A DNA stretch of 64,000 nt from a virus, in the IMG/VR virus record IMGVR_UViG_3300023110_002336, positions 1 through 64,000 of that record; one strand, 5' to 3'. The translations under genes were made by a program, and so were the position numbers. The notes beneath the pieces were generated by a model, which did not search any database, had not been told where the DNA came from, and saw nothing but the letters and a program-made list of their open reading frames with translations. This document shows, one piece after another, positions 55,109-64,000 of this stretch. Within the stretch, counting starts at the first letter, position 1. Each line of letters opens with the position of its first letter.

Positions 55109-56508
55109 CTTAGTGCTTCCTCTATTTCAGACCAGTTGTTATTGTATCTAATGAAAGGTATATTGAAATAAATCAATTTCTTGACATTATCTTTCTTTAC
55201 TTCAATATTATCAGTATGATGTCCTCTTGTTAAGTCATCTATGAACAAATGAGTTCTATGATCTGATTTTAGTATCTCTAATTTTTGCTCAAAGTTATCA
55301 ACAATTATTATCTGGTCATAATGAAAGTTATTTTTGATAAGCCAGTCTCTAGTAGAGAGATAGGGATTATTGAATTTACCCCTAGCTGTTATAAAAACAA
55401 TTCTATACTTTTCTTTTGCATAATTGAGAATTTCTCTTGCTTGCTCATTGGCAGGATCGAGCATAATCTCATCATAATCTCCATATCTTTGGTCTATAGA
55501 GCCATCTGAACTTGTCCATTTTTTCACCCTAGGTACATGGTCATTAATCGTGTAGTCAATATCACAATAGATTACTGGCTTTTCACTTTCCGACTTCAAA
55601 AATTGAATTACTTTTTTATAAAAGTCTAATTGTATTTGTCTTTCTTTTACTTTGAACTCAGCAGTTCCTTTGAAAGATTTGTATGCAGAGCCAACAGGAC
55701 CCGGAACATTCATACTAAAGATTGGGGAAACTTCAAAAAAATGTGGTTCTACTGTCAAATCATCATTTTCCCAAGCAACATCACACGCTCCTATATTTAT
55801 ATTTGTAAGCTTTCTAAACTTCTTTATGTGTTTTGACATCTCTTTTAGATCAATATCAAAATCACAAACAGAACCAAAACGAGTAGAACCAGAAAGTGAA
55901 TCTTGGTCTTTCTTGATTCTAAAGTAGCCATGCACCACTTCATCGCCAACAAAAGTCAATCTTGCTTCTTTTGTGAACATTATCTTTTGCTGCACTATGC
56001 ATCCCGAAGATACATTGAAGATTTTTCTAACCTTATCTCTGTATTCCTCTATATTTTTAGCCTGCTCCATGAAGTTGCTAGCGCACGAATAAGGGTGTTT
56101 TATGACGACCGGGAATGGTATTTTAGTGTTTAATGCTTCTTCAGGATTATCAAAAAACCAAGTTTGTGGTTGTTTTACTCCGCATTTATCAAATAAGAAA
56201 AATATGTTTTTCTTGTTTTCATACAGCCTGTAAAGATAAGAACTAGGAAATATTGAACTTCTCTTGTTTTCAAAGTGTAGAGCTATCTCTTCTAGTTTTT
56301 TGGATAATTTTTCAGAATTCTTGTAACCAGCATCATGGTTGAGTCTTGTTAAATAAAATAAAGTTTCTTCATCTACAAGAGACGGGTTGTCAATAAAATC
56401 TAATTCTAAACCTAGAATACCAATTGCCTCTTTCATCCTATTTGTCCAATCACAATTTTGCCAACCGCTTGGGTGAAAACGATTTTTCAAAACTCCAATC
56501 TTACTCAT
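55105..56508 (-). CDS. ATP-grasp ligase fused to a HAD-family phosphatase
   Basis: N-terminal ENKK...FPVVIK...IVQQKI...ACDV...FFEVSP. C-terminal IYCDIDYTI, ITAR, FIDD. Confidence 0.75.
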   Translation of the reverse strand: MSKIGVLKNRFHPSGWQNCDWTNRMKEAIGILGLELDFIDNPSLVDEETLFYLTRLNHDAGYKNSEKLSKKLEEIALHFENKRSSIFPSSYLYRLYENKKNIFFLFDKCGVKQPQTWFFDNPEEALNTKIPFPVVIKHPYSCASNFMEQAKNIEEYRDKVRKIFNVSSGCIVQQKIMFTKEARLTFVGDEVVHGYFRIKKDQDSLSGSTRFGSVCDFDIDLKEMSKHIKKFRKLTNINIGACDVAWENDDLTVEPHFFEVSPIFSMNVPGPVGSAYKSFKGTAEFKVKERQIQLDFYKKVIQFLKSESEKPVIYCDIDYTINDHVPRVKKWTSSDGSIDQRYGDYDEIMLDPANEQAREILNYAKEKYRIVFITARGKFNNPYLSTRDWLIKNNFHYDQIIIVDNFEQKLEILKSDHRTHLFIDDLTRGHHTDNIEVKKDNVKKLIYFNIPFIRYNNNWSEIEEALR

Positions 56509-56543
56509 CTACATCTCCAAAATATTCTGATATTATTTCTTTT

Positions 56544-57308
56544 TTACTTTCTGATATATTCATTGACCTTCTCTATAACATGTTTAGAATTTCTAAATCT
56601 GTTTATTCTGCCAGAGAAGTCTGTTTTCTGTCCAGTACCCTTGAAGTGAACTATCTTTGTATTTTCATCTGAGAAAAAACTTTCCTCTTCACAAGCAACA
56701 TCAGCAGTAAACACATCTCCTATATTAAATTCTCCGTGTTTACCTTGTCTAATTTCATTAAGCAATAAATTCAAGGAATGAGATTCAAACCAGCCGCGAT
56801 GTGGCTGTTCTTCCATTAGCCTCTTCATTCTACCAATCCAAGAATTCAAAAATCTTATACCTTCATCTGGATTGTTTACAACAAAAAAAGAAGCAATCCA
56901 GTTATCATCTTCTTTATAACTTCTATTGCAAACTAAAATATCCTTATCTTGTTCTATCACTTCTGTTACATCGCCTAAAAACATACAATCTGAATCGACC
57001 ATAATCAATGGACTGCTGTGGATCTTTAGTGCCACTTTACAAAATTTAGTTTTTCTGAGAACATGTTGTAGCCAATTTGAATTTCGTGGAAGAGCATCAG
57101 AAGTGTCTGTAAGATTCAAGTCACTTTGTAGAATACTGACTTTGCTGAAGCTCTTGAGATATTCAACCTCTTCATCTTTCAAACCCGTATCTAAGATTAT
57201 TATATTATCAATTTTGTCGTCGGGGACTTCCTCTAATAATGAAAGAAGCCAAATTTTTCCAAAAATCATATAAGCAGAGTTGAGAACTGTAAAGAAATTG
57301 TACTTCAT
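56544..57308 (-). CDS. Nucleotide-diphospho-sugar transferase (GT-A fold)
   Basis: DXD motif IMVDSDCMF, ILDTGL, IVHFKG. Confidence 0.75.
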   Translation of the reverse strand: MKYNFFTVLNSAYMIFGKIWLLSLLEEVPDDKIDNIIILDTGLKDEEVEYLKSFSKVSILQSDLNLTDTSDALPRNSNWLQHVLRKTKFCKVALKIHSSPLIMVDSDCMFLGDVTEVIEQDKDILVCNRSYKEDDNWIASFFVVNNPDEGIRFLNSWIGRMKRLMEEQPHRGWFESHSLNLLLNEIRQGKHGEFNIGDVFTADVACEEESFFSDENTKIVHFKGTGQKTDFSGRINRFRNSKHVIEKVNEYIRK

Positions 57309-58219
57309 GATTTTATTCCATACTTTTTAAAGTAAAGAGCATCAGCACCACCCCATGAAAACCAACCATCAAAATTGGTTCTTCCAAGGTTTCTTCTAAG
57401 ATTGGGAGGCTTAGCAATCTTCCAAGGATTAAAAATTGCTACTTGCGATGCTCCACTTAAAGTAGCTGCCCACCAAGAAAATGTACTGTTATGTACAATA
57501 ACTTTATCAAAACTTCTCAAAAGATTGAAATCATCAATGAAGCTGCCTCGCAGCCCACCAGTACCTCCCATCATTTCAGCCCCATTACAGTGAATAATTG
57601 GGTCTAGAGGTGTCAATTCCTCAACAAGATGATTCATGTATTCTAAAGACTGCTCAGTAGAAACCCATGGGGCTGTTCGATTGGGTCCTACTCTGATTTG
57701 ATCTTGTATCTTTTTAATATCAGAAATAGTATATGGTTCCCACTTTTCAGCATCAGTGACAATGTGAAGTCTTTCAAAACTCATCTTGTTTAAAACTTCT
57801 TTTATAGAATCTGCAGTGATGTGATTTTTGTGATGAGACTCTTGTATCAATCTATTTTGCAAACGAAGGTGTAAGATAACATCCTTTCTATTTGTTATTT
57901 CAGATGGTGTATACCAAGTTCTTATTTCGTCAATATATGGTTTTATGATTTTATAATCTTCAAAGTAACCATTGATAACAAAATTTTGTTCTAAATTGAT
58001 ATCAGAGTTTAGACATTGTTTGTAGTTTGAATCGTTGATATAAAATACTGGAAGTTGTCTATTTGCAAAAGCTGTTTGCTCGGGAATACCAAGCTCAGGT
58101 ATTGCTCTATGTAAAAGCTTGAGACCATTTTTTTCAGCAAATAATCTACCACATGCATATTGAAATAGGTTGTTTCCAAAACCAATTGTAAAATTTATTT
58201 GTACTACGCCTTTATTCAT
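57305..58219 (-). CDS. GT11 alpha-1,2-fucosyltransferase-like protein
   Basis: GFGNNLFQYA, INGYFED, LHLRL, IVTD, NSTFSWWAA. Confidence 0.85.
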   Translation of the reverse strand: MNKGVVQINFTIGFGNNLFQYACGRLFAEKNGLKLLHRAIPELGIPEQTAFANRQLPVFYINDSNYKQCLNSDINLEQNFVINGYFEDYKIIKPYIDEIRTWYTPSEITNRKDVILHLRLQNRLIQESHHKNHITADSIKEVLNKMSFERLHIVTDAEKWEPYTISDIKKIQDQIRVGPNRTAPWVSTEQSLEYMNHLVEELTPLDPIIHCNGAEMMGGTGGLRGSFIDDFNLLRSFDKVIVHNSTFSWWAATLSGASQVAIFNPWKIAKPPNLRRNLGRTNFDGWFSWGGADALYFKKYGIKS

Positions 58220-59319
58220 CTTCTCTCCACATAAGCAAATAAATCATCATATATTTTTTTTAGATTTTGTATTACTTCTTCGGATTCTTCAATTGTAACC
58301 TTGACTCCATTTTTTGCCAGTGCATGAGCGAACCTTAGCTGCTGAGATTCTTCTAAAATTACTGTTCCTTTTTTGTATGTCACTGAATCTGTGAAGTATT
58401 CAGATTGTCCAGAGCTTAAAAATTGCTCTACCTGAAAATCTAAATGTTTGCCATTGATATCAGTAGAAGCTTCGCACATGTCAAAAGGCATATCATTGTT
58501 CTTGGCAAGGCGCATGTAGGCTCTTGTGTCTCTAGGGAAACACGGACCACCCCACCCAAAGCCATATCTAAAAAACTTATTGTTTATTCGACTATCTGAG
58601 CCAACTGCGTGTAAAACTTTGTCAGGATTAGCCCCTATCTTTGTGGCTAGATCACCAACCATATTGGCGAAAGAAATCTTGCAAGTTAAGTAGCAATTGA
58701 GGGATACCTTCGTAAGCTCAGCACTTAGTCTATCCATAATGTGTATGGAGGGAGTATTAGTACAAGCATTTTTGTAAACAGATACAATCTCCTGTGCAAG
58801 TTCATCCGTATCGCTGCCTATGTAAACACAATCTGGCTCAGATTGATTTTTTAGAATTGTTCCTTGAGCTATTGTTTCTGGATTAAAACTAACATTCCAG
58901 TTATATTCCCGTAATCTCTTGTATACAGTATCTGAATAACCGGGATTAACATTTGTGCAAACTACTAAATGCTTAGTATCTTTTTGCTTGCCAAGTTTCA
59001 CTAGAGTATCTACAACAGAATCGACTTGAGAAACATCGTATTGACCGTCTGGCTCTGAAAAAGATGCTACAGTAACGAAAAGAATATCCGAATGTGACAC
59101 ACAATCAGCAGCATCCGATGTGGCTCTAAAATTTTTTGACTTTGATAAGAGTTTATTTACTCCGGGCTCATGAGAAAAGAATGCTTTTTTATTGATTTCG
59201 TTTACATAATTTTCGATTATGTCATAGCCAACAACATTGTATCCAGCCTTTTCTAATGTTAGGCAGAAACAAAGACCGAGGCGACCGATTCCAATTACAC
59301 TTATATTGTTTTTCATCAA
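58216..59319 (-). CDS. UDP-glucose/GDP-mannose dehydrogenase family protein
   Basis: GIGRLG, FNPE, AELTK, KISFAN, GFGWGGPCFPRD, TYKKGT. Confidence 0.9.
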   Translation of the reverse strand: MMKNNISVIGIGRLGLCFCLTLEKAGYNVVGYDIIENYVNEINKKAFFSHEPGVNKLLSKSKNFRATSDAADCVSHSDILFVTVASFSEPDGQYDVSQVDSVVDTLVKLGKQKDTKHLVVCTNVNPGYSDTVYKRLREYNWNVSFNPETIAQGTILKNQSEPDCVYIGSDTDELAQEIVSVYKNACTNTPSIHIMDRLSAELTKVSLNCYLTCKISFANMVGDLATKIGANPDKVLHAVGSDSRINNKFFRYGFGWGGPCFPRDTRAYMRLAKNNDMPFDMCEASTDINGKHLDFQVEQFLSSGQSEYFTDSVTYKKGTVILEESQQLRFAHALAKNGVKVTIEESEEVIQNLKKIYDDLFAYVERR

Positions 59320-59930
59320 TAGTCCTTCATTTTATCTCTGATGATAGATACTATATCATCATTTTTCTGTGGAAGGTATTCCGTAAATCTATACAAATTT
59401 ATATCATTTTCTTTTAGTAGTGTGTAGTAGGCATCGACTTTATCCTCAAGTTCTGATACCTTTTCTACATCGTGACCTTGCCCACAATATACATCAATGT
59501 GTTTATGTACTCCAGAATTTACAAGATCATTAAACAAATACCACTCTGAGCCTTCAATGTTAACCTTTAAAATATTAAAAGCAATTTTGTGTGCTTTTAC
59601 ATTCTCTTTAATCCACTCTGAAAACACGATACCTTCAACTTCTTCATAGTTTTTGGATACGTTTCTTTTTGTTGAAAAAACAGAGTGACCGACGTGATTT
59701 GGGGCATGATAAAGCCTAACCATTCGCGGAGTGTCAACTACAGCTTTGTTAATAATTTCAACCCGATCATTATCCTTGTACTTATTTTTTAAGGCATCAG
59801 CGTAATCCTTACAAGCCTCAAAACCATATACTTTATAGTCTGTGATATTGAGAGCAGGGAAGACATGATTGACCATCCAGTGTATCTCTGTTCCCTTCCA
59901 TAATCCAAAATCATAGTAGTAAACTTTCAT
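59316..59930 (-). CDS. FkbM-family methyltransferase
   Basis: YYDFGLWKG, VYGFEA, INKAV, LKVNIEGSE. Confidence 0.8.
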   Translation of the reverse strand: MKVYYYDFGLWKGTEIHWMVNHVFPALNITDYKVYGFEACKDYADALKNKYKDNDRVEIINKAVVDTPRMVRLYHAPNHVGHSVFSTKRNVSKNYEEVEGIVFSEWIKENVKAHKIAFNILKVNIEGSEWYLFNDLVNSGVHKHIDVYCGQGHDVEKVSELEDKVDAYYTLLKENDINLYRFTEYLPQKNDDIVSIIRDKMKDY

Positions 59931-60830
59931 TTAATCTTCCTTTAAAAAATTTAAGTATTTTTTGGCAACGATAGCCATTGATATTTTTGAATCAAAAGAG
60001 TTGCCAGTTATGTTGTTAAACTCAAGGGCTGGAGGCTCGGGGCTCTCCAAAAAACTATAATCCCATTCTGGTTCGTTAACAATTGTTGCGCCTAAGCCTG
60101 CTATTTCTCGTGTTCCACCTGCAGATGAGCAAATGATATTACACCCGCAGGCGCGAGCGTCAATAACAACATTTGGACAGTGATCTAGATAAGCCAAATG
60201 AATAAAGTATTTTGAAATTTTATATACCGACATGAGTTCAGATATTGATAGGTCACCAACGTAAAATATTCTTGGGTGCTCAATCACATAGTCAGGATTA
60301 TTTCCACATACTATCAGACAATCATTATCACCCGCAAAATTCAAGAAATACTTTACATTTTCTTTCAGTCTCTTGAAGGCGTGCCAGCTAGCAGCACAAC
60401 TCCAAACATTATCAAAAGAACTGTATCTGTTCTTTATTTGTTCTGATATCTCAAAATCAGATATTGATAATACATCGGCTCCATTATTTATGATGGCATA
60501 ATTTGAATGTGAACCAAACCATTTAAAAATCAATTCTTTATTGAAATTTGTTTGAAAGATCACACCTTTAGCATCATGATAGCTAGCTTTTATATTATGG
60601 TTCATTCTCTCGCAATCAAAACCAGAATTGAAATATATACCATCTAATCTAAGATACATGTCCAAGTCCTTTCTTTGACCACTTGACTGTATAAAAGTAA
60701 GCTTCTTGTCGTAAGGAATCGAATTACTGAATTGTACTCCACGTAAACTAAGGTATTTTACTAACTTTTGTCCAAAATGATTAGGTCCAGAAGTCGATCT
60801 AAGATTAACGTTTTCTAGCAGAATATTCAT
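59931..60830 (-). CDS. Glycosyltransferase family 4 (GT-B)
   Basis: SGPNHF, INNGAD, DHCPNVVIDARACGCNIICSSAGGTREI. Confidence 0.85.
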   Translation of the reverse strand: MNILLENVNLRSTSGPNHFGQKLVKYLSLRGVQFSNSIPYDKKLTFIQSSGQRKDLDMYLRLDGIYFNSGFDCERMNHNIKASYHDAKGVIFQTNFNKELIFKWFGSHSNYAIINNGADVLSISDFEISEQIKNRYSSFDNVWSCAASWHAFKRLKENVKYFLNFAGDNDCLIVCGNNPDYVIEHPRIFYVGDLSISELMSVYKISKYFIHLAYLDHCPNVVIDARACGCNIICSSAGGTREIAGLGATIVNEPEWDYSFLESPEPPALEFNNITGNSFDSKISMAIVAKKYLNFLKED

Positions 60831-61561
60831 AGTTTTTCTAATCTATCGTATGGTTTTATTTGTCTTATAAGTTTTTCTGTTAAAAGTTGATCATTTCTAT
60901 TAACCCTATCATCTGACAATGGGTTTTTTCTATTGTAGCAGTATAACACTTCGTTTATCGAACGATGGTGTTCTGGTCCTGCCATCTCAGCCATAGGCCA
61001 CATTATTGCTTGGTCACTTGTCGTAGCCCAGTATAGACCAGACGAATTCATTAGGTGCTTCTTTTTTATTCTATCATACAATTTCTTCTTAAAAGTTCCA
61101 AGATGAGAGAACTCCCAACTTTTTTGTCTTATGTTCCCAGACCAATAGTCATTGTTTAATCTTGGCTTAACCACAAAACCGTGTGGTTCAATAACATAAG
61201 AGCCATTTGTCATCCAAACATTTGAATCTTGATAAATTTGATTTAAAAAACCAAGGACCTCTTTATTGTAGAACCAATCATCACCATCTAGAATTACTGT
61301 AATTGTGTCTTCAGGTAAAGACTCATTTACAATCTCTAAGTTCTCCATTTTGCCTTTGTTGAAAGAGTTAAAAAATGTTACTATCTTATCGCTCTTGAAA
61401 GAAGAAACAATATCCACAGTTTTGTCTGTAGAGCAATCATCAACATAGTAAATTGTATAATTGTCGTATGATTGCCCTAAGACAGAACCTAAGTTTTTCT
61501 CAACCCATTCTTCGCAATTATATGAAGGAATGACAACAGAAAAATGATTATCTAACTTCAT
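60827..61561 (-). CDS. Glycosyltransferase family 2
   Basis: VVIPSYN, VDDCSTD, ILDGDD. Confidence 0.9.
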   Translation of the reverse strand: MKLDNHFSVVIPSYNCEEWVEKNLGSVLGQSYDNYTIYYVDDCSTDKTVDIVSSFKSDKIVTFFNSFNKGKMENLEIVNESLPEDTITVILDGDDWFYNKEVLGFLNQIYQDSNVWMTNGSYVIEPHGFVVKPRLNNDYWSGNIRQKSWEFSHLGTFKKKLYDRIKKKHLMNSSGLYWATTSDQAIMWPMAEMAGPEHHRSINEVLYCYNRKNPLSDDRVNRNDQLLTEKLIRQIKPYDRLEKL

Positions 61562-63593
61562 CCCAGAATACTTCCTTTCGATTCAACAGGTAACTCTTGA
61601 TATCTTCTAAATTATCTGTATTGAACCAATCCTCATTAGCGTGCTGAACATGCTCGTTTAGATGTAGTTCACATCCCAATAACTTAGCCTCAATAACAAA
61701 TCTTGGACAAGTATCATAGCCTGTTGGCAAGAAGCATACACCCTTTGCCTTTGACATCCGTTCCAGCACCTCTTCTGGCTTAAGACCTGAAATCACTTCA
61801 TAATCTAGATTGTTATCTTTGCACCACTTTTCAGATTGATTGCTTCCCTTAACCCAAGAACGAGAACCTAGCACAAGCCACTTATCAGTCTTCTCGTTTG
61901 AAGAATACTTCTCAAGATTTTCAAAGAAATCCGTGTTGAATGTGGAAGATAATACGACTAAGTTGTCACCAGTTAGGCTCTTCAAATCAGCAGCATGGAT
62001 ATCACGCTGAGCTTGTGACATATAGAAGGTCTTTATTGAGTTGTTGATAAACTTAGAAATTAACTTACCTCTTGGGGTTTCGCTATATTCACACTTTTCA
62101 TCTTCAAGGAACTCATAAAGAACTGGGTTCCTGTACTCACAGTACTTGTAATCATACTCGATAAAGTAGTAATTTGTAAGATTCTCGGCTGCAAAAGAAA
62201 TAAGTTCTTCTGGTAACTGAGCTATATTACCAAATATCCATGTCTTATCCTTATTTAAGGAAAGCATGAGTTCAGAAACATTGGCTGAATTTACACGGGT
62301 AAAAGTTTTAGATTCAGGTATTGAATCAATCAAGGTCTGTAAGCTCAGTTCAGCACCACCGATATACTGCTCTTGAAACATATCACTTACAAAAATACAG
62401 TCTTGTTCTATTACTATTCCAGCAAAGCCCATGGTTTTTACAAACTTTTCATACATCGCCTGCTCAGAGAAACGTTCGTGTAGTTGCTGAGCGTACTCAT
62501 CGCGTCTCGTATTATTCTCAAAACAAGCACGCATCTGTTCCTTCGCAGAGCCCTCGCGAGCAAACGCCCACATGGAATCAGGGACTATGACCCCATCCCA
62601 AACAACCTCTTTCTGGACCGGCTGTAGATCGAAGGCGACGTTGTAAAATTGTTCCTTGCCCTCAGCATCAACCAAGAAATCTAACTGCCCAGACCAGCCT
62701 GTAGCGACTACAGGGAGATCTGAGTAAGCAGCTTCAAAGAGTGGAAGACCAAAGCCTTCGCCGTGGGGGAGAGAGACAAATGCATTGATTTGAGGATCAC
62801 GATACAAGGAGTGCATTTCGGCGTCAGTCATGTCGCCGTGTAGGAGGAATACTTTGCACTGTCTCTCTCCCTGTTGACGAAGGAAGTTAGCAAGATCTAC
62901 CATCAAGCGCTTGCGATCCATCAAACAGTTCTTTGCAATGTTAGACTTAACTACAAGACCTACATCCTCATTGCGGAACTCTTCAATAAACCACTTAATG
63001 GTGTTTAGAAGGTTCTTTCTTGGCCCGAACTGAGCAACAGTAAGGAAGTTGAATGAAGTAGGTAAGTCTAGACCTAACTCTGGTAGAGTCTCGAAAGTCT
63101 TGACTGGGTATCCGACTGCTTCTATGGGGGTCTGGTTTCGTAGAGTTACCTGCTCACCAGTCTGCTGGTTTACTGCCTTATACTCGGTGCTCTCGAATAC
63201 TTGCTTAGAGTGATTAGATACAACTATAACCTTGTCCATCTCATTTGACTTCTGAAGCCACTGGTGAGCGATCTTGGTGGTCTCAATACCAGCAGTATAT
63301 CCAATGTTTACCGGAGCAAGCTTCTGAAATTCATTTGGAATCGTTACTTGTAGAGAAATGTCGAACTGACCTCCCTGCTGAATGTAACCAATCGTCTTCT
63401 CAATAGTCTGGTCAATCCAAATGCGCTCTTCATTCATTTCAGAAGTCCAAGATGTCTGCCCCCACTGGATGGGCTGAATGAAAACTTCAAAAAGGTCTTC
63501 GCGAGAACGCAAAGAACGAAGAGCAAAACGAGCCTGCTCGCCATAACCAGAGCGGGTTAGAAGCGGACCCTTGAGTAGAACTTTCTTTTTCAT
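61548..63593 (-). CDS. Tandem GT4-GT4 glycosyltransferase
   Basis: Domain 1: SGYG...RKN...GEGFGLPLFEA...TGWSG. Domain 2: GGAEL...VKG...DTCPRFVIEAKLLG. Start at 63593 (ATGA overlap). Confidence 0.88.
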   Translation of the reverse strand: MKKKVLLKGPLLTRSGYGEQARFALRSLRSREDLFEVFIQPIQWGQTSWTSEMNEERIWIDQTIEKTIGYIQQGGQFDISLQVTIPNEFQKLAPVNIGYTAGIETTKIAHQWLQKSNEMDKVIVVSNHSKQVFESTEYKAVNQQTGEQVTLRNQTPIEAVGYPVKTFETLPELGLDLPTSFNFLTVAQFGPRKNLLNTIKWFIEEFRNEDVGLVVKSNIAKNCLMDRKRLMVDLANFLRQQGERQCKVFLLHGDMTDAEMHSLYRDPQINAFVSLPHGEGFGLPLFEAAYSDLPVVATGWSGQLDFLVDAEGKEQFYNVAFDLQPVQKEVVWDGVIVPDSMWAFAREGSAKEQMRACFENNTRRDEYAQQLHERFSEQAMYEKFVKTMGFAGIVIEQDCIFVSDMFQEQYIGGAELSLQTLIDSIPESKTFTRVNSANVSELMLSLNKDKTWIFGNIAQLPEELISFAAENLTNYYFIEYDYKYCEYRNPVLYEFLEDEKCEYSETPRGKLISKFINNSIKTFYMSQAQRDIHAADLKSLTGDNLVVLSSTFNTDFFENLEKYSSNEKTDKWLVLGSRSWVKGSNQSEKWCKDNNLDYEVISGLKPEEVLERMSKAKGVCFLPTGYDTCPRFVIEAKLLGCELHLNEHVQHANEDWFNTDNLEDIKSYLLNRKEVFWDEVR

Positions 63594-64000
63594 GCTACCT
63601 CCATTAAATGCCATCTATCGTAACCAGTCCTTGTTTCCCAAGAACCCATTTCGGCAGTGACCTTATCCATTAGCTCAATCCAAGACTTTTCAAAAGTCTC
63701 AAAGTTGTAAGATTTTAGCACATGCCTACGACCATGTGAAGCCATTTGGCGATATTTCTTGGTTGGATTCTTGAGCGCAGAAGTAAGCGCCTTATCAAAA
63801 TCTCTTTGTGAGATTCTGTCCTCGTAGATGTATGGAACCTGTAGAGAGCCAATAACTGTCTTTGAGGAAGGTTCGATGCCAAAGCCAAACCAGTTCTTGC
63901 CGTCAGTTACCTGCTCTTGTAGACCGCCTGTCATGTTAACAATGATGGGAGTACCACAAGAAAGTGACTCAAGAGTTGCTAAACCAAAGCCCTCAGCATC
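63590..64000 (-). CDS. Glycosyltransferase family 4, C-terminal part (5' end outside the window)
   Basis: The frame is open to the window edge: DAEGFGLATLESLSCGTPIIVNMTGGLQEQV. Confidence 0.88.
   Translation of the reverse strand, partial: DAEGFGLATLESLSCGTPIIVNMTGGLQEQVTDGKNWFGFGIEPSSKTVIGSLQVPYIYEDRISQRDFDKALTSALKNPTKKYRQMASHGRRHVLKSYNFETFEKSWIELMDKVTAEMGSWETRTGYDRWHLMEVA

Noticed and set aside
840-62590. The many short plus-strand and nested minus-strand ORFs in the track
   Set aside because: All lie within longer minus-strand genes that have clear motifs or operon coupling, and none shows a recognisable domain of its own.
50285-64000. Bacterial O-antigen/capsule locus flanking a prophage
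   Set aside because: The genes are co-oriented and tightly coupled into the phage genes. No integrase, att-like junction, flippase or polymerase is visible. A chimeric assembly cannot be fully excluded without reads.
1-64000. Alternative genetic code (stop-codon reassignment)
   Set aside because: Standard code 11 gives near-complete coding density with ORFs up to 3248 aa, and TAA, TAG and TGA all end genes at sensible boundaries.
1-64000. tRNAs, introns, inteins, homing endonucleases, diversity-generating retroelement, intrinsic terminators
   Set aside because: Intergenic gaps are under about 40 nt, terminase and primase are uninterrupted, and no reverse transcriptase or TR/VR pair was seen. 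No convincing hairpin plus U-tract was found by eye. A covariance-model search was not possible.

Overview
The window is a 64-kb segment of a large, T4-like (contractile-tailed) dsDNA bacteriophage genome. Every credible gene is on the minus strand, and the genes are densely packed with frequent ATGA/TTGA/TAATG overlaps. In transcription order (right to left) there are five blocks. (1) A ~14-kb sugar-nucleotide/glycan cluster with GT4, GT2, GT-A and fucosyltransferase-fold glycosyltransferases, two UDP-glucose/GDP-mannose dehydrogenases, a GDP-mannose 3,5-epimerase-like enzyme, an SDR epimerase, a sulfotransferase-like protein, two methyltransferases and an ATP-grasp-HAD fusion. (2) An FmdB zinc ribbon and a phage sigma factor. 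(3) A ~33-kb baseplate module: split gp5-like spike with an M23 peptidase, a 2118-aa orphan, gp25, gp6, a DNRLRE-like protein, a 3248-aa LamG wedge protein and tail-collar-like paralogues. (4) RuvC-like resolvase, primase, a fused Mre11-Rad50 and a tubulin/FtsZ-family GTPase. (5) Small proteins sharing an N-terminal leader, a holin/spanin-like lysis set, the terminase large subunit and a T4 gp20-like portal that runs off the left edge and is missing from the ORF track. The most interesting signals are an [S/T]-[G/A/S]-S tripeptide enriched only in a subset of baseplate proteins next to the glycan cluster (candidate virion-glycosylation sequon), a shared MKxxKxxLxxIIxEE-type leader on unrelated proteins (candidate capsid-loading signal), a phage tubulin with an unusual architecture, and a CTANTTA candidate late promoter. 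Family calls come from motif recognition by eye; no database searches were run.
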